A program made the position numbers and the translations under genes. Positions 46,121-56,044 of a stretch of DNA of 64,000 bases are shown here, piece after piece (the first letter of the stretch is position 1; each line of letters opens with the position of its first letter). Origin of the DNA: Bradymonadia bacterium (lineage in GTDB: Bacteria; Myxococcota_A; Bradymonadia; UBA7976; UBA1532); contig JBKAGE010000008.1 of the NCBI GenBank assembly GCA_046290225.1, forward strand, positions 1-64,000, given 5' to 3'. The notes under the pieces were generated by a model. It saw only the letters and a program-made list of their open reading frames with translations, searched no databases and was not told where the DNA came from.

Positions 46121-47749
46121 ATGCACATCACCCCCTTGACCAGGGCTTCTCGCAAGGCCTTGGCTGCCTGCCTGATCTTCGCCCTCTCGAGCCTCTCCGC
46201 CTGTGGCGGTGGGGGGGGTCAAACGAGACCCACCGACCGACAAAACCCACGGGCGCTGAGGGCGTTTGCCGAAGCAGGCGTTCTGGTCGAAGCCGGCCAG
46301 GTGGCCGAGGGCGCGAAGCGCTACGACGAAGCGGCGGCCCTCGATCCCGAGTCGGCCCGCATCTGGCACAAGGCTGCCCTGGCCCATGAGCAGCTCGGCG
46401 CATGGCCCGAGGCCCGGGCGCGCATCGACAAGGCCAGGGCGCTGGCCCCAGACGATGGGCAGATTTTCCAAGATTATGTGGGCATCCTCGAAGGCTCCGG
46501 CGAGAAGACCCTGGCCCGAGAGGCGCTGCTGGCGCGCACCACGAGCCACCCTGAAGACGTCAAAGCATGGCTGGCCCTCGGCAAGCGTCAGGCGCAATCG
46601 GGTGATCTCGAGGGGAGCGAGCGGTCACTGCTGAAGGCCACAGCCCTCGACAAGGGCCTCGCCGATGCCTGGGAGCTCATGGGGCAGGTCCGTATGCGAC
46701 AGGGTCGCAATGGTCCCGCCGCCGAGGCCTACAACCAGGCTGCAGAGCAGGCGCCTGCTCGGGCCTACCTCAACAAACTGATTTTGCGCCTCGCCCTCGA
46801 GTCCGGGGAGCGTGACGCCGCGCGCTCTACCTTGAGCCGGATGTCTGGTGAGAAGGCGACGCCAGGGATGGCGGAGATGCGCCTCTCGGCCCTGCTCATG
46901 GATCGAGGCGACTCCTTCGCCGCCGCCGACGAGCTCGAGCGCCTGCTTGAGAAGCAGCCCGACCTGCATCAGGCTCGGGTCATGCTGGCGGTGATCCTGG
47001 TGCAGGTGGGTCGCGACGCCGAGGCGGTGTCCCAGCTCGATCAGGTGCCACCAGAGGCCGCGGCGGCAAGCGATGCTCTGAGGCTGCGGGTGCAGCTGCT
47101 GATCAAGGCTGACCGCCTCGACGACGCGGCTCAGCTCATCGACGAGGCGCTGGCCCGCGATCCCGAGCAGATCGACCTGACCCTCGATCTGGTACAGGTC
47201 CGCCGCCGCCAGGGCCGCACCGACGACGCCTTCAAGCTGCTGGTCGAAGGCCAGAAGCGCTGGCCCCGCTCGGTGCCGATTCACTACCTGACGGGCATCT
47301 TCTTGCAGGAGCGCGGGGACGAAGACGGCGCCGTGGCCCAGATGAAGCGCATCCTGACCATCGAGCCCACCCACGCCGGGGCGCTGAACTTCATCGGGTT
47401 CACCTGGGCGGAGCGCAACGAGAACCTCGACGAGGCTGAGCGGTACATCCGCATGGCCCTGCTCCGTCGCCCTGAAGACGGCGCCATCATCGACTCGCTG
47501 GGTTGGGTGCTCTACCGCACAGGCCGCTTCGACGAGGCGGAGGTGGCTCTGAGCAAGGCCCTGAGCAAGAACCCCAAAGAGGGGGAGATCATGTACCACC
47601 TCGCCGAGGTGCAGTGGTCGAAGGGGGATCGCACCCAGGCCATCGAGACGCTGGGCAAGGCCATCGAGTTCGCCCGGGACAAGGCCACGGCGAAGCAGTA
47701 TGGCAAGCGTCTGAAGGTGATGCGTCGGAAGGCCCGTAAAAAGCGCTGA
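46121..47749 (+). CDS. Tetratricopeptide repeat lipoprotein
   Basis: Lipobox LSAC; many TPR units; ALNFIGFTWAER...IIDSLGWVLYR signature. Confidence 0.9.
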   Translation: MHITPLTRASRKALAACLIFALSSLSACGGGGGQTRPTDRQNPRALRAFAEAGVLVEAGQVAEGAKRYDEAAALDPESARIWHKAALAHEQLGAWPEARARIDKARALAPDDGQIFQDYVGILEGSGEKTLAREALLARTTSHPEDVKAWLALGKRQAQSGDLEGSERSLLKATALDKGLADAWELMGQVRMRQGRNGPAAEAYNQAAEQAPARAYLNKLILRLALESGERDAARSTLSRMSGEKATPGMAEMRLSALLMDRGDSFAAADELERLLEKQPDLHQARVMLAVILVQVGRDAEAVSQLDQVPPEAAAASDALRLRVQLLIKADRLDDAAQLIDEALARDPEQIDLTLDLVQVRRRQGRTDDAFKLLVEGQKRWPRSVPIHYLTGIFLQERGDEDGAVAQMKRILTIEPTHAGALNFIGFTWAERNENLDEAERYIRMALLRRPEDGAIIDSLGWVLYRTGRFDEAEVALSKALSKNPKEGEIMYHLAEVQWSKGDRTQAIETLGKAIEFARDKATAKQYGKRLKVMRRKARKKR

Positions 47750-47852
47750 TGTTCAGGCCTCCGGTCAGGAGGTTCGGGCGAAAGGGAAGAATCCCTGCAT
47801 CCCCGAGGCGTTTAGGGTAGATGACTCTGGCGATTCACCCAAAGGCACGCCC

Positions 47853-48626
47853 ATGCTTCAGCACCTCAAGCTCGTCTCCCTCTCCATGCTGTGTCTGCTC
47901 TTCGCGGCGTGCCCCGGGCGCTTCACCCGCCCCGAGCAGTCCGTCACCGCCGACGAGGCCCTCGCGGCCTTGAAGGCCAGAGGCGAGGCGATCCAGACCG
48001 TGAATGCCATGGCCTCTCTCGAGGCGTGGCGTGAAGACGACCGGGTGAAATTTCGACAATTTTTGCTGATGCAGCGGCCCGACAAGCTGCGGGTCGACAC
48101 CCTGTCACCCTTCGACCAGCCCCTGGTGATCACCACCAGCGATGGTCAGACTGTTTCGGTCTACAGCCTCGAGAAGAAACAGTTCCTTCAAGGGCCTGCC
48201 ACCCCTCAGAACCTCGCTCGGCTGCTCAACCTCAAGATGGATGGTGAAGAGCTCGTGGCCCTGGTCGGTGGGGGGGTGCCTCTGGTGACCCCTGTACGCA
48301 AGTCCATCACCTGGGATGCCGACGAAGGGAGGTGGCGGCTGGAGATCGAAGGGGTCCGGCGCCGGCAGCACCTCGAGCTCGAGCCAGAGCGTTTGCGGGT
48401 CACCTCGACCACCGTCTGGCAGGGCGACGCGGTGCAGTACACGGTCAAGATGGGCCAGTACGGTGGTACGCCCCCGGCAGAGGTGCCTCAGCGACTGCGC
48501 GTCGAGGTGCCCTCCGAGAAGCTGCGGGTGGACATCACGGTGAAGGATTTCACCCTCAACGAGGAGATGGATCCTGAAGCATTCACCCTGACACCGCCGG
48601 GGGGCATCACCGTCGAACCCCTTTGA
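47853..48626 (+). CDS. LolA/LolB-fold-like (DUF4292-like) lipoprotein
   Basis: Lipobox FAAC; RPDKLRVDTLSPF, beta-rich, C-terminal F-x-L-x-PP; follows the TPR gene. Confidence 0.7.
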   Translation: MLQHLKLVSLSMLCLLFAACPGRFTRPEQSVTADEALAALKARGEAIQTVNAMASLEAWREDDRVKFRQFLLMQRPDKLRVDTLSPFDQPLVITTSDGQTVSVYSLEKKQFLQGPATPQNLARLLNLKMDGEELVALVGGGVPLVTPVRKSITWDADEGRWRLEIEGVRRRQHLELEPERLRVTSTTVWQGDAVQYTVKMGQYGGTPPAEVPQRLRVEVPSEKLRVDITVKDFTLNEEMDPEAFTLTPPGGITVEPL

Positions 48627-48672
48627 GCCAGAGCCCTCCGTCAAGGCGGGTCTCTCTGATGGGAAGGTGCAT

Positions 48673-49521
48673 ATGGGCGCTCGACAGTCTCTGTCCGACA
48701 TCCTCACTCGAGCGCGCGTGGTCGATCCCATTCGGCTGCATCGAATCACTCAACAGATGCGAGCCAGCGAAGATCTCAGCGATTTGCTGGTGCAGCGGGG
48801 CATCATCGACGAGGACACCCTGCTCGGGGTGATCAGCAGCGCCCTCAACGTGTCGACGGTGCGCCTCGACAGCATCAAGCCCAAGCCCGAGGCCCTCGCC
48901 CAGGTCTCCGCCGAGACCTGCACGGCCTATCTGGCGCTGCCCCTCGCCGTGGAGCAGGGGCCCACAGGACGGCAGGTGTTGCAGGTGGCCATGGCCAACC
49001 CGACCCGAGAAGACGCGCTCAAGGCGTTGATCCGGTCGGCGCGTATGCCCATCCAGCCTCTCGTGGCTTCTGCCCGCTCGATCAGGCAGGCGCTGTTGCA
49101 ACACTTCGACGACGCCACGAGCGACACGGATGCGCACGAAACCATTTCGAGTCCCGACGCGCTGTCCAGGACATCTCCACCCATGGAGGCGCTGCCACCA
49201 TTGCCGGACATCCCCGCGCGGGTGGTGGAGCGCACCAGCGATGGCGCGTTGCCACCGCCGGTGATGACGCCTCTGCCGCTCATGGGCTTGCCTCCGACCC
49301 CACCGTCGGAGGTACACTCGCCGCCACCCGAGCTCGCCGCACCGGTGCTTACTCAGGTGAACGATGCATCTCTTCAAGGCCTGATCGACGCCCTCGATCG
49401 ACGCCTGATGGCCACCCCGGAGTCCGCAGTGAGCGTGCTCAGGGTGTTGATTCACCGCATGATCGCCGAGGGGCAGCTCTCCGAAGAGAGTCTCCAGGCG
49501 ATGCTTGATGCCCCCACCTGA
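48673..49521 (+). CDS. GspE/PilB N-terminal (MshEN-like) domain protein without ATPase
   Basis: LLVQRGIIDEDTL, LALPL, LQVAMANP; Pro-rich linker; no Walker motifs. Confidence 0.8.
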   Translation: MGARQSLSDILTRARVVDPIRLHRITQQMRASEDLSDLLVQRGIIDEDTLLGVISSALNVSTVRLDSIKPKPEALAQVSAETCTAYLALPLAVEQGPTGRQVLQVAMANPTREDALKALIRSARMPIQPLVASARSIRQALLQHFDDATSDTDAHETISSPDALSRTSPPMEALPPLPDIPARVVERTSDGALPPPVMTPLPLMGLPPTPPSEVHSPPPELAAPVLTQVNDASLQGLIDALDRRLMATPESAVSVLRVLIHRMIAEGQLSEESLQAMLDAPT

Positions 49522-50476
49522 CCTTGTCCTAGACGTCGAAAATCTCTCCATTGCCTTCGATGCCCCAGAGGGCCCCGTCGAAGTGGTTCGCGAGGTTTCG
49601 TTGCAGCTGGCCGCTGGCGAGGCCCTGGCCATCGTCGGTGAGAGCGGGTGCGGCAAGAGCGTCACCGCTCGATCGCTGTTGAGGCTGCTCCCAGAGCCCC
49701 CCGCTCGGGTGCGGGCAGAGCGACTTTCTGTGGCCGGTGTGTCTGTGCTCGACGCAGACGCCAGGGGGCTCAGAGCCCTACGTGGCCGGTCCGTGGGCTT
49801 CGTGTTCCAAGATCCGATGTCGGCGTTGAACCCCGCCATGACCATCGGGGCCCAGATCGTCGAGCGCCTGCGGCGACATCGCGGGATGGATCGGCGAGCG
49901 GCGAAGCAGGAGGCGGCTTCTCTGTTGAGCCAGGTGGGCATCCCCGATGCCGAAGGCCGCCTCAAGGCATGGCCACATCAGCTCAGCGGGGGCCAGCGCC
50001 AACGTGTGGTCATCGCCATCGCCCTTGCCGCTGATCCCGCGTTGCTCATCGCCGACGAGCCCACCACGGCCCTCGACGTCACCGTGCAGGCGCAAATCCT
50101 GACCCTGCTCGACGAGCTGCGACGGGCGAGGGGCATGGCGGTGCTGCTCATCACCCATGATTTGGGTGTCGTGGCACAGGGCGTGGACCGGGTGGCGGTG
50201 ATGTACGCCGGTCAGGTGGTGGAGCAGGGCGCCGTGGCTGATCTATTCGCTGCACCTCGGCACCCCTACACCGCGGGATTGCTGCAAGCGGTGCCTGGAT
50301 CTCGCCCTGGTGAGCTGTACGCCATCCCAGGTCGAGTGCCGGCGCCGAGAGATTTCCCCGCCCATTGCCGGTTCGCTGATCGGTGCGATCGGGCTCAGAG
50401 TCCATGTCGCGCAGAGCAGATAGAGCTGAGCGATACGGGTGTGCGGTGCCTCTACCCGTTGCAGGAGGCACGGTGA
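49505..50476 (+). CDS. Oligopeptide/dipeptide ABC transporter ATP-binding protein (OppD/DppD-like)
   Basis: [40 protein letters not shown]-terminal Cys motif. Confidence 0.95.
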   Translation: MMPPPDLVLDVENLSIAFDAPEGPVEVVREVSLQLAAGEALAIVGESGCGKSVTARSLLRLLPEPPARVRAERLSVAGVSVLDADARGLRALRGRSVGFVFQDPMSALNPAMTIGAQIVERLRRHRGMDRRAAKQEAASLLSQVGIPDAEGRLKAWPHQLSGGQRQRVVIAIALAADPALLIADEPTTALDVTVQAQILTLLDELRRARGMAVLLITHDLGVVAQGVDRVAVMYAGQVVEQGAVADLFAAPRHPYTAGLLQAVPGSRPGELYAIPGRVPAPRDFPAHCRFADRCDRAQSPCRAEQIELSDTGVRCLYPLQEAR

Positions 50477-51480
50477 TGACACCCTCTATAATCGAGCCTC
50501 TGTTGCAGGCCGAAAACATCAAGGTGCATTACCCCGCCCCTGGCGGTCAGGTGGTCCGGGCTGTCGATGGTGTGTCTCTGTCGTTGTTGCCCGGTGAGAT
50601 CCTGGGCCTGGTGGGAGAAAGCGGCTGTGGCAAGTCGAGCCTCGGCCGGGCCATGTTGCGCCTCGAGCCCCTCGCCGGCGGCACCCTGAAGGCCTTCGGT
50701 GAAGATGTGAGTCATCTGCCACCACGGCGTCTGCAGGCCCTCAGGGCCCGCACGAGCATGATCTTCCAGGACCCGTACGCCAGCTTGAACCCCCGCATGA
50801 GCATCGCCGAGGCTGTAGAGGAGCCCCTGAGGGTGCACCGGCGCGATGAGCGGATGGCTCAGGTGGCCGCCCTCGTCGAGCGTGTGGGTTTGCCCCTCGA
50901 TGTGCTGGGTCGAAAGCCGCACCAGCTCAGTGGTGGTCAGCTGCAGCGCGTGGGTATAGCCCGGGCCCTGGCCCTCGGTCCCGACGTCATCGTTGCCGAC
51001 GAGCCCGTGAGCGCTCTCGACGTGAGCGTGCAGGCAGGGGTGGTGAACCTGATGGCTGATCTGTGCCGGGAGCGGGGGCTGTCGTGGCTCTTCGTGGCCC
51101 ACGATCTCAAGGTGGTGGAGCACATCAGCGATCGGGTGGCGGTGATGTACCTTGGTCGCGTGGTGGAGCAGGGCCCCGCTGCGCAGGTCTTCAGCGAGCC
51201 GGCGCACCCGTACACCGCAGCCCTGCTCGACGCAGTGCCCGTGGCTGATCCCACGGTGTCCCGTCGGCCGCCTGCGCTCTCCGGGGAGGTGCCCAGCCCC
51301 ATCGATCCACCACCCGGCTGCCCTTTTCATCCGCGATGTCCTCGGGCTGTGGATCGATGCCGCCGGGAACCTCCAGCGCTGACTGCGGTCCAAGAATCAC
51401 CTGAACCGTCTCAAGAAAAACCTGACCATCGGGTCGCATGTCACCTGCCCTTGCGGGAATCCCAGCCCGCCGCGATCTGA
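50476..51480 (+). CDS. Oligopeptide/dipeptide ABC transporter ATP-binding protein (OppF/DppF-like)
   Basis: [54 protein letters not shown]. Confidence 0.95.
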   Translation: MTPSIIEPLLQAENIKVHYPAPGGQVVRAVDGVSLSLLPGEILGLVGESGCGKSSLGRAMLRLEPLAGGTLKAFGEDVSHLPPRRLQALRARTSMIFQDPYASLNPRMSIAEAVEEPLRVHRRDERMAQVAALVERVGLPLDVLGRKPHQLSGGQLQRVGIARALALGPDVIVADEPVSALDVSVQAGVVNLMADLCRERGLSWLFVAHDLKVVEHISDRVAVMYLGRVVEQGPAAQVFSEPAHPYTAALLDAVPVADPTVSRRPPALSGEVPSPIDPPPGCPFHPRCPRAVDRCRREPPALTAVQESPEPSQEKPDHRVACHLPLRESQPAAI

Positions 51481-51677
51481 TTGTTGAGCAGTGAGCATCT
51501 GCGCGGACCGCTGCCGGACCTTCGCCGGCTCGCCGCTCTCGAAAAAAAGAGAATCTCGAACCCCTCAGAATTGAAGGTGGATCCAAAAACCTTGGCGGTT
51601 AAAATGCGGCCCGGTAGATCTCGACGACACCCCCGCACGTATCAGGAGCCCGAGAGACGATGTTCGGTCTGATCCTC

Positions 51678-52340
51678 ATGGCCTTCGGCAAACGCCGGGC
51701 CCAACGCCCCAAGGGGCAGACAGATGAGGATCTGATGGAGCGGTTCAGGGATCAAGGAGACACCGCCGCCTTCGAGGAGCTGCTTCGGCGCCACGAGCGG
51801 CCAGTGTTCAACTTCATCCGCAGGATGGTGCGCGACGACGAGCTGGCGAACGACCTGCTACAGGAGACCTTTCTCCGCGTGGTGAAGAGCGCCAAGGTCT
51901 ACAGTCGAAAGGCCAAATTTACGACCTGGCTGTACACCATCGCCCGCAACCAGAGCATCGACTCTCTGAGAAAAGCGAAACACCGCCGCACCGTGAGCCT
52001 CGATGCCCCGGTGAAAGGCGGAGAAGAGGGAGACCGCACGCTCATGGAGCGCATCCCCGGGAAGAGTGAAGACGCACATACGCGTCTCGATGCCCGAGAG
52101 ATGACCGAGCGCATCCAGACGGCGGTCAACCAGCTCAGTGACGAGCAACGGGAGGTGTTCATGATGCGCCAGTTCCAGGGTCTACCCTTCAAGGAGATCG
52201 CCTCGGTGGTGGGCGTCTCCGAGAACACCATCAAGAGTCGCATGCGGTACGCGCTGGAGAACCTGCGCCTGGCCCTCGCCGACTACGCAGAATCGATGCC
52301 GGGGCAGGTGAACCCCATCCCGGCCCGCAGTCGGGTGTGA
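51678..52340 (+). CDS. ECF RNA polymerase sigma factor
   Basis: TDEDLM, DLLQETF, FTTWLYTIARN (region 2); QREVF, EIASVVGVSENTIKSRMRYA (region 4). Confidence 0.95.
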   Translation: MAFGKRRAQRPKGQTDEDLMERFRDQGDTAAFEELLRRHERPVFNFIRRMVRDDELANDLLQETFLRVVKSAKVYSRKAKFTTWLYTIARNQSIDSLRKAKHRRTVSLDAPVKGGEEGDRTLMERIPGKSEDAHTRLDAREMTERIQTAVNQLSDEQREVFMMRQFQGLPFKEIASVVGVSENTIKSRMRYALENLRLALADYAESMPGQVNPIPARSRV

Positions 52341-52343
52341 GCC

Positions 52344-54632
52344 GTGTCCAGCAAGACGCCATCTTCAGATCCCAAGCTCGACCAGCACCTCGTAGAGCTG
52401 CTGTTCGAAGACGAGCTGCCGCCGGAGAAAGCCACCGCGCTCCACACGGCGCTCGCCTCAGATCCCGAGGCGCAGGCGCGCTTTGAGGCCTGGCAGAACG
52501 TACTCCGGCTCACCGCCGAGCTCCCCGAGGCGGATCCTGATCCTCAGGTGCACTACGAGATTTTGCGGGCGGCCCGTACGGCCGCTGCAGTAAAAACCGA
52601 GAAGAAGGGCTTCTGGGCCTGGCTCGAAGGCTTCATGGCCTCACCGGCTCTGGCCACGGCGGGCTTGCTCGTCGTCGCCGCCGGCTCGGCCTTCTTCGTG
52701 AGCCGCATGGGTGATCAAGCCCCTGAGTCGGGCAGCGCCGTAGAGGTGGGTTATCGCGAAGAAGCCCCCGTTCAGAGCCCCCCTGCTGCGAAGGCGGTGA
52801 GTGGCGAGCAGCTGAAGAGCGAGAAGACAGGCAAGAAGGCGAAGATCAAGGCGCCAGAGGCGGAGAGGCCGGTCGCCTACGAGTGGGATGTCGATGGCGA
52901 GCAGGCGGACAATGAAGGTGCCTTCGCCCTGAACGACTCACCTGCGGAGCCGCTCGAGGCCAAGAAGAAGGGTGCTCTCGACCAGGCCAGGCTCGAGCCC
53001 GGCAGTGAAGATCCCAAGGCGGATGGCAAGCCCTTGGAGCTGGCGCTCAAGAAGGATGCGCTGGGCGGCCTGCCTGGTCAGGCGACCACCGCACCCGTAC
53101 CCGACGTGGAGGCTGTGTTGCCCAGCGGGGGCGACGCCAACGCGCCGAGCAATGGGCTCATCGCCGACACCCTCACGGAGCAGAGGCCGCAAAGCGAGAC
53201 TGCAGGAGACGGCATCGTCGAAGACGGCGCTGGGATGGGCAACCCCATGGGGAACGTCGCTGGGAGCGGCGCCCTGGGACGCAAAGGCCTCTCCAGTCTG
53301 GGCTCCAAGGGCAAGTCGAAGAATGCCAGGGGCCCTCGTGCCTCTCGTGATGATGCGGATGGCCGCTTCAAGCAAGAGGCACGCGCGCCCGAGGACAGCG
53401 CTGAGCGCCGCCTCACGGGCAAGGGCCGGGTTGAGCGGGACAAAGAGGCTCTCGAGGATGGTGAGACCAGGATCAACCTTGGCGATCTGACCGTGGAGTC
53501 CAATGCCGGTGGCCGGAAGACCCCCAAGGGCAAGTCGGCGACCCGCACATCTACAGCACAGCGAAAGGCGCCCAGGAAAGAGCAGACCAAGCGTCGAAAG
53601 AACAAGCGCCCAAGCAAGAAGCTGACGATTGGCGACTTCAGAGGCGATGCCGAGGGTGAAGCCGCCGTTGACGGTCTGGCCACTGATGAAACCAGCAACC
53701 GAGGCGAGTTCGCCGACGTGCCACCGAGCGTACCCCCTGCAGATGTGGGTGGAATGGCTGTCGAGGGTACAGGTCGTGGCGGTGGTGGCAGCGCTGATGC
53801 GAATCAGGACCGGGCTGCGCCCGAGCCGTTCCCCGCACAGGCCGAGGAGGACATCGCCACGAACGCCGCGCCAGCGAAGCCCCAGCGCACTCCGCCGAGG
53901 GAGGCTCAGGCTGCCGAGCGTCGACGCAATGACATGGCTCAAGAAGATGCCTTCGACACTGATGATCTGGTGCAGGGCGCTGACGTCGCCAATGCAGAGC
54001 CAGAGCTGCCAGATCCTGTGGCCGAGCCCATGCCGGAGCCTGCGCCAGAGCCTGTGCCGGAGCCCGTCGCGGTGGAGGCACCGCCTGCGACCGCTGCTGT
54101 TGCAGAGAAGGCGCCTGCGCCTACACAGGCGGCCGATCCGCCTCCGCCCCCCAAGGTGCAGAAGCCTCGCACCCGTCGCAGCAATGCCGCCTCGGGTTAT
54201 GGCGATGTGATCACGGGTGTCGAGGAGGCCCAGAAGGTCGCCGAGGCCGAAGAGACCGCCGCGCCCCCTGCCCGGACAGATCGTCTCGCCGCAGCCCGTA
54301 ACTACCGGGCTGAGGGCAAGCACCCGCTCGCCGTGCAGGCGTTCAACGAGTACATCTCGGCGAACCGTGGCACGGGGGTCTCCCTCGGGGCGGTCTACCT
54401 CGAGATCGGTCAGAGCTATGAGGCCATGGGCGACTTCGACCGGGCCCTGCAGATGTACCGCCTCGCCCGCAGCCAGGGTGGTGCGGTCCGCGGGAAGGCT
54501 CTGAAGCTGATGAAGCGCATCGAGTCACGCCGCGCAGGCCCTCAGGGCACATCAAAGAGCCAGCCCGTGGCCGCACCCAGCGCAGACGAGATCAACCTCG
54601 ACGCCGCCGAGCCCGCCAGCCCCAAAGAGTGA
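52344..54632 (+). CDS. Putative anti-sigma factor: N-terminal ASD-like helix, single TM, long disordered region, C-terminal TPR
   Basis: 3 bp after the sigma stop; LLFEDELPPE...H; one hydrophobic helix; low-complexity middle; TPR-like end. Confidence 0.75.
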   Translation: MSSKTPSSDPKLDQHLVELLFEDELPPEKATALHTALASDPEAQARFEAWQNVLRLTAELPEADPDPQVHYEILRAARTAAAVKTEKKGFWAWLEGFMASPALATAGLLVVAAGSAFFVSRMGDQAPESGSAVEVGYREEAPVQSPPAAKAVSGEQLKSEKTGKKAKIKAPEAERPVAYEWDVDGEQADNEGAFALNDSPAEPLEAKKKGALDQARLEPGSEDPKADGKPLELALKKDALGGLPGQATTAPVPDVEAVLPSGGDANAPSNGLIADTLTEQRPQSETAGDGIVEDGAGMGNPMGNVAGSGALGRKGLSSLGSKGKSKNARGPRASRDDADGRFKQEARAPEDSAERRLTGKGRVERDKEALEDGETRINLGDLTVESNAGGRKTPKGKSATRTSTAQRKAPRKEQTKRRKNKRPSKKLTIGDFRGDAEGEAAVDGLATDETSNRGEFADVPPSVPPADVGGMAVEGTGRGGGGSADANQDRAAPEPFPAQAEEDIATNAAPAKPQRTPPREAQAAERRRNDMAQEDAFDTDDLVQGADVANAEPELPDPVAEPMPEPAPEPVPEPVAVEAPPATAAVAEKAPAPTQAADPPPPPKVQKPRTRRSNAASGYGDVITGVEEAQKVAEAEETAAPPARTDRLAAARNYRAEGKHPLAVQAFNEYISANRGTGVSLGAVYLEIGQSYEAMGDFDRALQMYRLARSQGGAVRGKALKLMKRIESRRAGPQGTSKSQPVAAPSADEINLDAAEPASPKE

Positions 54633-54718
54633 TCCACGTGCTCTGAACTGCGCGCGACATCACAGATAAAGTCACAAAACTTCACACACCGAACGCCTGC
54701 CTTCACCATCTTGTGTGC

Positions 54719-55666
54719 ATGCGCATTCGAACTTCTGAAGTCTTCGGCCTCGCCGCGCTGGCCCTCATGGTGTCGAGCGCGTGTGGTCCGCTGCCCGAGC
54801 AGACCCACGAGGCCGCCCTCTATCGCGATCTCGACAAGGTGATCCGCACCCGCACCCGCACGCAGTGGCTCAGCGACGAGTACGAGCTGCAGGCCTCGGA
54901 GCCCTACGCGCTGAGGAGTGTATGTCGCGCCGACGTTGCCACCCGCGAGGGGGTACATCGCTGGATCAACGCTCGAATCGAGCTCCAGGGTGGCCCCGCA
55001 AAGCTGCAGTACCAAAAGAACGGTGGTGATCTCGACGCGGTGGAAGACACGCTGCACCTCGAGCGCGTCGATGCCCTGCTGACCCGCGCCGAGGGCAGCA
55101 TGGAGACGCAGTGTCCGTTCTGGGTGAAGCCCACTGCGAGCTTCAATGGCATCGAGGCCCCTGGGGGCGGGCGCTTCGCCATGTTGCTCGAGACGCAGGG
55201 CGGGCTCACCTTCACCAGGACCACCGACGACATCGTCACTGTAGGGGGTGGGGGTGGCTTTCGGATGTTGCCGGGCTATGCCCTCGACGAGGGCTGGTTG
55301 CTCGCTGCAGGTCTGGAGTTCGGCGGTGGCACACTGCTCCCCCGAGACGAGGACGGCGAAGGCCGGCGCCTGAGAGCACGCTGGGAGTTCGGGATCCCGG
55401 TGGTCATGCGCTACCAGCAGGGCGTGATCTTCTGGGATCTCGAAGCGGCGCTCATCAACCGCGCCCCCGAGAATAAGCCTGAAGATTTCCGTATGGGTCT
55501 GCGTACGGCGACGAGCTTTGGCTTCAGCGGCCTGCGCATTGGCGAGTTGATGCCCTACGCAGGTTTCTGGGTAGGCTACGAGTATCTTGAGGCGGATCCA
55601 GCAGAGCAGCTGTCGCCGAGCGCGTTCAGGCTGGGCACGAAGGTGGGGGTGGATTGGGGACCGTAG
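54719..55666 (+). CDS. Hypothetical lipoprotein with C-terminal beta-strand-rich region
   Basis: Lipobox SSAC; helical N-terminal half, amphipathic strands ending KVGVDW. Confidence 0.75.
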   Translation: MRIRTSEVFGLAALALMVSSACGPLPEQTHEAALYRDLDKVIRTRTRTQWLSDEYELQASEPYALRSVCRADVATREGVHRWINARIELQGGPAKLQYQKNGGDLDAVEDTLHLERVDALLTRAEGSMETQCPFWVKPTASFNGIEAPGGGRFAMLLETQGGLTFTRTTDDIVTVGGGGGFRMLPGYALDEGWLLAAGLEFGGGTLLPRDEDGEGRRLRARWEFGIPVVMRYQQGVIFWDLEAALINRAPENKPEDFRMGLRTATSFGFSGLRIGELMPYAGFWVGYEYLEADPAEQLSPSAFRLGTKVGVDWGP

Positions 55667-56036
55667 GAGCGGACGGCCGTGCCTTCGGCACCGCCTGTAG
55701 CGGACGCCTGAACCAGCTGCGCTGGCTCAGAGCTGTAGCGGACGCCGAGTCTGCCTTCGGCAGCCTGAGCTGTAGCTTTCTAAGAGAGTTATGGTGCACC
55801 TGGTGGGCTTCTCAACCCCGATTGGGGCTTACGCTGAAACTGAGCCGTCAGTCGCCAGCAGCGTTCGCGGTGGATGAACCTACGCCCCCAAACTGATCTT
55901 CAAAATAGCTACAGGGAATTTGCCGTAGGCAAATGAGCGTCCGCTACAGCTCTGCGAAGCAGGCGTCCGCTACAGGCTGTCGCCAAAGGCGATGACCGTC
56001 CGCTACAGGCGGTGCCGAAGGCACGGCCGTCCGCTC
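55667..56036. mobile_element. REPIN/MITE-like non-autonomous element with perfect 40-bp terminal inverted repeats
   Basis: 55667-55706 is the exact reverse complement of 55997-56036; internal CTGTAGCGGACG units face inward from both arms; no transposase. Confidence 0.75.
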
Positions 56037-56044
56037 AAATCGAG

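Noticed and set aside
55791..55877. 28-codon ORF (MVHLVGFSTPIGAYAETEPSVASSVRGG) in the centre of the inverted-repeat element
   Set aside because: Too short, weak RBS and no recognisable motif; cannot be supported without ribosome profiling or homologs
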